From positions 11,222,001-11,286,000 of the forward strand of contig OZ176051.1 in assembly GCA_964247055.1 (NCBI GenBank): a DNA stretch of 64,000 nucleotides, given 5' to 3'. Of this stretch, positions 54,901 to 64,000 are shown in pieces. The notes below the pieces were generated by a model. It was not told the origin of the DNA and made no database searches. It was given only the letters and a program-made list of their open reading frames with translations. The stretch's first letter is position 1; each line of letters begins with the position of its first letter. The DNA is from Paragordius varius. Lineage: Eukaryota > Animalia > Nematomorpha. Position numbers and translations under genes: made by a program.

Positions 54901-57798
54901 GTTATTAAATTTGAAAATTCTCATCCTTTTCCTCAAATTGTGCTAAATAATTTGATCATCGTAAAATTGCCCGTATATGTTTAATCATTATTTATATATT
55001 AACTGAAAAAAATAGTTAGCATAAATGTTATTGACTATAGAAGGTACAATGTTATTATTAGCTGTTCTCACCGATTTTAATATATTGGTGGTGTTGTTAG
55101 TGTTTAAATGTTTAATATAATTGTAGATTAATTTCTACAGCTTCAAGGCCTTTATATTTATAGCTTTTCGAATTTATTTGACATAAATAAAATTGGTGAG
55201 AACTGCTTATAATAACATCTGTCAAATACCATTTATAATCAATAAACCTTTGGCTAAATTATTTAAAATCACTTGAAATCAATCTATAATGACACATTCC
55301 TACCATACGTACCAATATTAGGCTGCCCGGAATTATTGAACCTAGATTGTCGAAATTTACTGTCGACATTCTTAAACCCATTGATGCAATAAATAAATAT
55401 TTATCAGATCTTTTTACCTCATCATACAAACAGAAGCCATCCCTGAAGACTGGCAAAACAGTATCATCACACCCATCCACAAGGAAAAAGGTAACTCAAT
55501 TCTACCTAACTCATTCCGGCCCATAAATATCTTGGAACCTACCTTTAAAATTTTTGAACTAATTCTATACAATAAGGTTAAACTTAAGTCCATTTAGACG
55601 ACATTCAATTTGGCTTTCAATCTACTAAAAGCACAATCGATGCGATTATTATAGTGAAATGCAAGCAGCTCATCTCAGAAATTCACCCCTCTAATATGCC
55701 TTTTTCGACATAAAAGCTTTTGAATCGATCCCAAGATTGATAATAACATGGGCCCTAAGAAGAAAAGGGATTTGGATAATTCAAAGAACAACGTTGCTAT
55801 ATTCCGGCATGGTTTATCCGAACCAATCAGTATACACTCAGGGCTGCACCAAAGTTATGTCCAGAATCCCTCACTGTTTACCATAATATTTGATGAGATT
55901 ACAAGGAACATTCTTAGCGGTTTACTCGAACTGCTCTTTGCAGATGATCTGGTTCTAATGGATTCATCTGAAGACGTCATCCACCAATCTATTGATAAAT
56001 GCTTGGAAAGTCATGGTCTCAAATCCAAGCAAAACAACATTAATGCATGATATAGTATGAAGCCAATTAAGCACACATGCAGAATTTGAAATCTTACCCT
56101 ATAGGAAAATTCTATATCGTATACTAAATGCGACTTCTGGATACATAAAAAATGCACCAATCTAAACTTAGGGTGATGCCATTACTTGATCAATTGCATC
56201 GACAACTTATCCATATCAGAACCAGATTTGAACGCAATCTCTAATATCTACAATTACGAAACTGTCACCACTTCAAATATTTGGGTGATGAAATATTTGC
56301 AAAGGGAAGTGTCAGTGATAGCAAACACAGATCATCTGAAGCATGGAAAAAATACCATAGACTAAAACAGATAATTAATAATAAATTCATCATACTTGAA
56401 ACGAAATCGCAGCTATATTCTTCCATTATCCGTCCTGTGCTAACCTACGGCATGGAATACTGCCCTATTACAAAGTCTGACCTCGGTAAATTCCAAAACT
56501 CTGAATCCAAAATACTCAAAACAATCTTTTTTGTACATAATCCTAAACTCTATAATTTTAATACTCAATTCCATCCCTATATCCTCAAAACCACTGGTCT
56601 TAACCCTTTCAAAGAGCCAAAAGATCAAAATGGGCTGGTCACATCCATCGTAGTCCTCCAGATAATTATACCAACATAATGAGGTCTTACTCTAAACTGC
56701 TCAAAACCTAGTAGGCCCTTCAAATAGCTCAGTATTATATATAATAACCTTAAGGCCAAACTAAAAATAGAAGATGCGGATAATAGAAGCAATCGGAAAA
56801 CAACAATAAAAACGTGCCTCCTTCAATTTTAAAGATCAACAGCTTTGATGTTAACCTAATAAATAATAACTGCATAATTGGGCCTTATCGTAACATAATT
56901 AAATTTATATTTTTGCGCATCGTAAGCTGTAATATTTAATTTATATTATGCAAAAAAGCAAAGGGATTATTTTAGATTTTTATTAGAGCTACCATATTAA
57001 TCTTAAATTGCCCATTCATTCAATTTTCTACTTCGTAAAATTTTACACCGTAAATTTAGATTATTTAAATATTAAATAAGTAATCTTTTAGATTCAATTT
57101 TGCCGATATATATGAAATTTTAATATAAACACAAAATTTTAATAAACTGCCAAATGTAATATGCATGTAATAGAAAACCTGAAATGGTTTATTTGAATAA
57201 TCTTCGGATGCAAGTCGCCCATACTCAGTGAAAAGCTGTAAGTGTTGCAAATCATCTTCTTGAATGTTTTGTATGAGATTATAAATCTGATATATTATGC
57301 ATATCTATACTTGAACTGAGCAAAGCATTGTGCTTAAAGCAAAGACAGTTGCGCAATCCTTAACAGTCGATTGACTGTCAAAGGCTCCCTGAGTGTCCAT
57401 TAGTAAAATAGCGACTTCCTCGCTCTTTTCTTGGCTATTTGAATGGGGTATACTTACGTAAAATGGTTCACTCCACATTAGTATGCCAGTTGTTTCGCGT
57501 TCTGAGCCACCACGCCAAGCAAATCCGCTAAGTTTATCATAATCCCCAGAAACTAACCAATCCTTTTTACCCTAAAATTATAAAGAATGAAAACTTTTTC
57601 TTGCAAATATTTCAGAAATAAATTAAGTAGGAAAGATTTTCCTTTGCGAAAAGCTCCTGCAATAGATACAACCACAATCTTTTTATTTTTCAATCGCTCA
57701 TTGAATAAAATTGATTTAAGGGCTTCTTCATTAAGTTCAAATTGGTGGACATCATGAACTGATATAATTTGAACTGCCTTTCCTTTTGATATATCCAT
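48976..57798 (-). CDS. ATL: Atlastin GTPase (ER fusogen), 9 coding exons, ~557 aa; 3' end uncertain
   Basis: Exons (minus strand): 57798-57595, 57571-57311, 57286-57179, 54613-54521, 51630-51492, 51112-50985, 50721-50593, 49849-49485, 49222-48976. All introns are GT-AG and phase-consistent. Motifs: [58 protein letters not shown], two TM segments, [10 protein letters not shown] tail. Confidence 0.93.
51768..54499 (-). mobile_element. hAT (Buster/Charlie/SPIN, GTF2IRD2-like) transposon with disrupted transposase, in atlastin intron 4
   Basis: TIRs CAGGGGTGGCCA and TGGTCACCCCTG; perfect 8-bp TSD TTATATAT (51760-67, 54500-07). Transposase 54122-52309 has [31 protein letters not shown] and [12 protein letters not shown], with several frameshifts and an in-frame TAA. 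Confidence 0.95.
55430..56760 (+). mobile_element. Degenerate non-LTR (LINE) reverse transcriptase fragment in atlastin intron 3, antisense to the host gene
   Basis: [55 protein letters not shown] and [10 protein letters not shown]. Frameshifted. Confidence 0.85.
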
Positions 57799-58862
57799 CC
57801 CGGTATCAGTAGGGGAACATATGACAACAGATCACTATATGTCATCCTGCCAACCATAAACGGTGAAGATGAGTATCAAGGTATATGAGGAAAATGAAGT
57901 AGCAGCCCAGGTTGCTACTTTCTATAATAGGCGTATCCCCTTCCATTCCTCAAAAAATGTTGAGAAGTTCAAGACTTTTAAGCTGGTAAATATGCTACCA
58001 ATTACACTACGTCCGAAATAGGGCCTAAAAAATCAACCTAATGAAATAAATATGTTCTGGTTAAAAATATCAGGATTTTAGTATTGGCTCTTGCGAGAAA
58101 AAAAATTATAATCACTTTTATGGTGACCGCCCCACATTAGAAAATGGCTAGATTTCACATTTTTTGTTAACACTTCATTACCTTTCGGGAGGTTTTATAT
58201 CCCTGAGCAATATATTTAAAATTATTTTAGTAAGCCGAAATATGCTTTTTCTAGCCGTGTAGAGGCAATTTACAAATAATTTTGTAACCTAATGCAGCAG
58301 GCATATAATATATTTTATGGTAAGAAAATATAAATAATTAAATTTAAAAATTTATGTATTTTACCAGCTAAAATTTGATATATTTTGATTTTAATATCAC
58401 CTGTTCTTTTCAATCGTGTTTTGGAGCTCCCCCAATATACTCTAGAAACGGCATAACTGTAAAAATATAGCTTTTTATTAATTACGTGTTTTGAAAATTA
58501 AATTCCAAACTTTTAAAACAGTAGTTTATATATAAATTCCTTAGAAGTAAATTTCCAGTATAAACTAGTACAAAATGAAAATAAAATAATAGTGTTTATT
58601 TGGCAAATAAATGGGTTTATTCTAGAAAGTATTCAAACATGCTTTCAAGCCTACCAGATCCCTGATATATGTTCCAATATCAGCGGTTTAGTACATGTTT
58701 TATCATGCTGTTCAAATTGGGGACTATAAAATTGTGAGGTTTTTCTAATAAAGAAAGATGTTGTATATTAAACAAAAACAATTTTTGAACATTTATTGCA
58801 CCTAAGAACTCAGGGTAACAAACTACCCCAAAGTGCTATCATATGGAATTAATGAATTAGTA

Positions 58863-60613
58863 CAGTGGTACTCAAACCGCGGCCCTAAGAGTGCTTTAAA
58901 ATTGCCCTATGACCATAATGATAAAATTATTTTTTTATTGATGAATTATTAAAATACACATAAAATTTTCTCTTATTTTAAAAATTATAATTTTTTTTAG
59001 ATTTAATTTTGGTAAATTATTTTTTATTTAATTTGAAATGTAAAAATATTTCACTACGTTATAATGATTTCAAAATTTTGGCATTTGTGTTTGTTTCTGT
59101 ATTCTATTTTTTCGATTTTGAAGTTTCTATTGCATTTCTTTTTTGTATTTAAGCAATATTTTCACCCAAACTTGCAATACATATTCTTTTCATTGCTATC
59201 CTTTTTCATTTTTAACCCATTCCCATAAAATATTTTTCAAATCAACATCATTAAATTTTGACCTGTTTATCAATAGCATTCAAATTATATTCCTTTTTTC
59301 TGAAAAATCTACAGATGACAAAATGCTAAACGTCAAATATCCGATGAAAATTGCTTCTTTGAAAAAGAATTGGAAGAAAAATTTTTGTCGTTTTAAATAA
59401 ATATGTTGTTACCTGCCTTATATATATGGTCAACATAATTAAAAAAATAAAATATTGAAAGACATTTTACAGTCCATCATTCTCATAAATTACCAGAAAA
59501 TCAAGAAGTAAGAAGCGAAAAATATAAAAAGATTAAAGAATTATACCAAACACAAAAATCTATTATGTCCATAGCTTTCCACTTCCGTGGCAAAGAATTT
59601 AACCGCTGTAAATTTAAACTCTGAAAGATATCCACAGTGAGTTTGATAGTATTCTTTTGTACACCGCTGTGAAATGGCCAAGCCTTAGCAAAGTATATAG
59701 ATTTTATTTTAAGACATAAAATTTTATTATTTAGAAAGTACAAGGAAATTAATAATGACAAATAATGGTTTATTAGCCTACTTTTGCGACATTACTAAAT
59801 AACTTAGTATTTTTAATACAAGTCGTCAAGGGACCAAAATAATAACCCAATTTGTTAAAATATTTGCTTTTGAATTTTAATATATAAACAAGATTTTATA
59901 AATAAAACACTCCTATATTTTCCAACACTTATGAAGAAAATATGGAATTTACCGCGGAGATTAATTTAATAATAGACAATCTTTTTATCAAATGAGATGA
60001 AATTCAGTTTTCAAGAATTAGGAAATATTAAAAATTTTTTAAAACTCGTTGAAAATTCATGGCATAGTATCCAATATTAAGCAACTTGAGCGTTTCGGTT
60101 TTGATCAGGCGCCTATCATCGAAAAATTGGTAGATTTTAAAAATGATTTCAATTTGTGGGCTATATTCAAGGAGAATCGTAGAAGATATGTGCCAAATAA
60201 ATAGGGAAATATAAAAAATATGCTCAAGTTATCCTAACTGTTTTTAACTTACGCGTGTGAGACGGCATAATCAAAAATAAAGTGTCAAGAATACAACAGA
60301 AATCGCCTAACCAATGATCATATGGACTATGTATTAAGATTGGCCTGTCATGACGCATAACCAAATTTGTCAAAAATTATTGGTAATAACAAAATAGATG
60401 TTGTTATCAAAATATTTAAATTTTTAAACAAAATGGTGCAAAACGAGTTTTCTGGATATACATGCGCTCTGAAAATTTACTGTGCTGATTTAGAGTATAA
60501 TTATGTGCATATGTGTCAAATAGCTATAAATATAGGTCATTTTAAGGTTCATGGCCCTCGAAAAAAAAATATATTTTATTTGGCCCGTCAAATTTTTTTG
60601 GTGAGTACCACTG
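58863..60613 (+). mobile_element. Non-autonomous, internally deleted hAT (Buster/Charlie-type) element
   Basis: TIRs CAGTGGTACTC and GAGTACCACTG; perfect 8-bp TSD AATTAGTA (58855-62, 60614-21). Decayed C-terminal transposase traces (TYACET, RNRLTNDHMDYVLRLA) near 60250-60350. Confidence 0.9.
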
Positions 60614-60767
60614 AATTAGTAACTAAGTCTTTAAAACACTAAATTCCTGCCATAATATAATAAGTTTCAATCTTATGTCCACCAATCTTATGCCAATATT
60701 ATTTGGTGTATGGTTAATAAATCCGTATCCTAAGCAACTGTAACTATTAGAAGTTACCTATGTTTTT

Positions 60768-62469
60768 ATGCATGATACAGCTAAATGGGATCACATCGTG
60801 GTGACAGCTCTGGATGCTTCCCAACAGAATTTGTTTGAAAAACAGCTTAAATGCTTTGAAAAACGTTATGAAACGAGAATAAGTGCTGTTAATGATGGAT
60901 TACATAAGGTTTGTTACATTGGTATTAATTTAGATAGGTTCTGGTGGGGCTACTTTAGTTGCGATTAATCATTTGCAGAAAATTTATGGACAAAGTTTAC
61001 AACACTTAAAAGTTTTGTGCATACATGCTGGTGGTTTAAGTCAAAGATTGCCTCATTATACAGTTTTAGGAAAATTATTTATTACTTTCCCTACCACAGA
61101 AAATTTGTCTTTATTCGAAATGAAACTCTTAAATTTTACTCCACTTATTCCATATATTTTTGGGAAACACGGTGGAATGCTCATTACTTGTGCAGATGAT
61201 GTATTATCATATACATTATGGAACACCCCGATAAATTTTCAGTATGATATTTTATGTCTTGCCCACCCTTCCACCATAGATATAGCATGCAGCCATGGTG
61301 TTTTTGTTCTAAAAAATATAGACACAAAGATTCTGGAAAATGACACTCTGATTGAAAAAGAAGATATCAAAGAAATTCTACAAAAACCGTCTGCGAAAGA
61401 TCTTCTAACTAAAAATGCTTTATTCACATTAAGAGATAATAAATCGATCGCACTTACCGATAGTAGCTTTGTTCTTAGTGGACCTTTGTTGCAAAAACTT
61501 GGCATTATTATCCCCACAAACGAATTAAATGAAGAAATCGACTGCTATATTGATTTTCTTCATCCGCCCATCAATGGTGTAAAAAGTACCGAATTGCATA
61601 CAAAAGTAAATTATATTCATAAATTTTTTTGTAAATTTGATTTGAAACTTTTGGTTCTTCCATATTCCACATATTTCCATCTTGGAACTTTTCAAGAATA
61701 TATTCACAGTTTTTGTGATTATTCTAACTCACCCCAAACTGTAACGTTAGCCAGGGCCTTTGACTTTAAAAGGATAACCTCGTCTTTTGTTAATCACGAA
61801 GGGATAGATTTGCATAAAACGGAACACTCAATATGTATATTAAATTCCTACATAAACGTTAATGATCAATTATATGTCGATAACATGCAAAACATTGTTA
61901 TCGAATATTGTTACCTAAATTTATGTCCTTACTCAGGGAAGTTTATGCATATAAAGCTGGAATCTAACATAATTTTAAGTCACCTAAGGTTAGATATAGT
62001 TGAATTAGAGGATACGCTAGTCAACAAAACATTAGCAATCCCCCAAAACACAATTTGGTTCTCCTATCCCATACATACTGGCTTTGTCACGTTTTGTTTT
62101 GGTATGAGTGATGATATAAAAGCCATAGCCTCGAGATCTTTAAATAACACCCTATATTTGCATTATTTAAATGGACATCAACTCAGGTTAGAGGATGAAA
62201 AATGTAAAAATTGCTCTCTTTGGTATGTTCGATTGTTTCCTCTTTGTGTTACATCTACGCAATCCTTTATCCATACGCAATATATTGTGGCTGATATTTT
62301 AGGCGATACGTATTCTTCCATCCATGAGATAAGAAAAAAATATAAAAAACTTTATGGTGAAAAAATCACATTCATATCCATGCACGATATATGTTCCAAC
62401 AGAACATCGATAGGAGATATGATTTTGGCTTATAGGGATGATTTGAAGCAAAGGATCAGAAATAATTGA
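60768..62469 (+). CDS. FPGT: Fucose-1-phosphate guanylyltransferase (GDP-L-fucose pyrophosphorylase), 2 exons, 558 aa
   Basis: Exons 60768-60908 and 60934-62469. Motifs WDHIVVTA, K|IGSGGATL (restored by splicing), IHAGGLSQRLP..TVLGKLF, LAHPS..IACSHGVF, LQKPS, DSSF and YFHLGTFQEY. Confidence 0.88.
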
Positions 62470-63392
62470 TCTACATCATTATTACAATATGAATCATGCA
62501 AATGTGTATTTTAATATATTGAATGACTTTTTAAATAAAAATAAATTTTTATAGATTTTTTATATTTTCATCTGGGGTCAACACAAATCCCTCTGTAGGC
62601 CCCGGTAGTATTATAAATGGCCTGTTACATAAATTGTAACAAATGTACATAAATGAATATTTTCATAAAGTTTAAACAGAATGAAAACAGGAAGTGATTT
62701 ATCGAAATCTTAAAACAATCGGTATAGTTGGAAAAGATATTTTCATAATATATTTAGATTGTAAGAAAATTATTGTTAGAATCTCCCATAATTATCTTAA
62801 TTTTGGTAATTATTTCATTGCATTGGTAGATAAGATTTGCCCCTATTTCAAAATCAATAAAAAATGAGATCTAGTTTACTTTCCGGTTTTGATTAATTTT
62901 GAAACAAGCTTAAAATGATAATTCTTAAAATATAGAAATAATTGTTACCGAACAATAAAGGCTGTTATAACAAAAATTTAGAATTCTACATGAATTAAAC
63001 AGTGGTAACAAAATATTTTAAGTAAAACAATAAAAATTAGATTTGTAAAAAGCACATCAAATTATAAAAGTTAGAATTATTTTTTGCAGCTGTACTAAAT
63101 ATTTTAGAGGGCCCTGTGCCCGCTGGTTACATGTTGGACATACCCCAAATGAGATTTTACATTGTCTCTATTTTGGGTATTTATTTGGTTTTTGGTCATA
63201 AATTAATCGTTTGAAAAAAATAATCAATATTACAATATGGATTAATAAGGTGTGATTGATATTGCCTTAAACAGATTTGGTATAATCAAAGATACATAGT
63301 TTTATTGAACCCAGCTATGTATGATAGATAACTATTCTTTGAAGGAATGTGTAATGCATAATATTTATGATTATTTAATAATCTTTCAAAAT

Positions 63393-63587
63393 TTACGAAC
63401 AATATTCGTAAACTCCTTTAATTTGCAATTTTCCTTGTCTTGATTTATAAAAAATGGAAGCCATCGGTCCATTGTTGCCACAGTGCAAATCGACCAAAAA
63501 ACCGTTAGGTACGAATCGATCAAAATTTGGGTGAAATAGTGATGTAATATTAATTTGAACTCCTGATACGTTTTGTACGATGCCGAC
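63393..63587 (-). other. Possible terminal coding exon of an unidentified gene extending beyond the window
   Basis: After TTATTAG, 64 open codons (VGIVQNVSGVQINITSLFHPNFDRFVPNGFLVDLHCGNNGPMASIFYKSRQGKLQIKGVYEYCS*) with coding-like G-start and AT-ending codons. No family recognised. Confidence 0.3.
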
Positions 63588-63810
63588 CTAATAAGAACAT
63601 ATATGTGCAAAACAGAGTTTAAATATTGTAGTATGCATATTTATGTTTGCCAATTCACATGATTACGCAATTTTTATCCTTTCTTATAATAATATTAATT
63701 ATGTTTATTCTATGGACAAAGTTATATATAAAATACATATTATATATGCTACTGTATTATCAATTGGCCAAAATAAATGTCTATACTGTATTTTATATTT
63801 TAACTCTTTC

Positions 63811-63977
63811 CAGTAGCGTATGGCATAAAACATTATTAGTCCATAAAAGAATAAAAAATGTTTTTTAAAAAAAACAACCCTAGTTGTGTATACACATATC
63901 CATAATATCCCCTTGTTTTTTAAAAACATTTTTTTATTCTTTTATGGACTAATATCGTTTTATGCCATACGCTTCTG
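63811..63977. mobile_element. 167-bp MITE with ~65-bp TIRs (CAGT end, probably Tc1/pogo-type)
   Basis: CAGTAGCGTATGGCATAAAAC...GTTTTATGCCATACGCTTCTG. TA on the right flank and TC on the left, so the TA TSD is imperfect. Confidence 0.8.
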
Positions 63978-64000
63978 TATACCTTTTTACCCTGGCATAA

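Noticed and set aside
48976-62469. Non-standard (ciliate-type) genetic code suggested by the micro-introns
   Set aside because: Conserved atlastin, FPGT and intact CHST exons have no in-frame TAA/TAG and translate correctly with the standard code.
63386-63610. Listed 74-aa ORF as a Cys-loop receptor M1 exon (WLPFFINQD resembles WVSFWIN.D)
   Set aside because: Spacing does not fit, no M2/M3 continuation was found, and the other frame looks more coding-like.

Overview
AT-rich eukaryotic, probably invertebrate animal, genomic DNA. Nothing prokaryotic, no RNA genes and no CRISPR array were recognised. 1-~47845 is a tandem segmental-duplication array of ~15 kb units (U1 1-16549, U2 16550-31591, U3 31592-46628, partial U4 46629-~47844). 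Each unit holds a decayed mariner, a decayed hAT element with an internal inverted transposase copy, a Penelope remnant, and a spliced Golgi carbohydrate sulfotransferase gene (Sulfotransfer_2/CHST11-14-like). That gene has two paralogous signal-anchor exons upstream of one catalytic exon. The U1 copy carries a nonsense codon and a young 1.5 kb foldback insertion. The array ends exactly where the hAT left terminus would be. The single-copy right part has a 9-exon atlastin gene (minus strand, with a hAT and a LINE fragment in its introns), a second hAT with perfect TSD, and a divergently oriented 2-exon fucose-1-phosphate guanylyltransferase (FPGT). Three introns of only 23, 24 and 25 nt are required to restore the conserved atlastin and FPGT frames. 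All gene models and alignments were made by eye; protein comparisons rely on remembered family motifs, not database searches.
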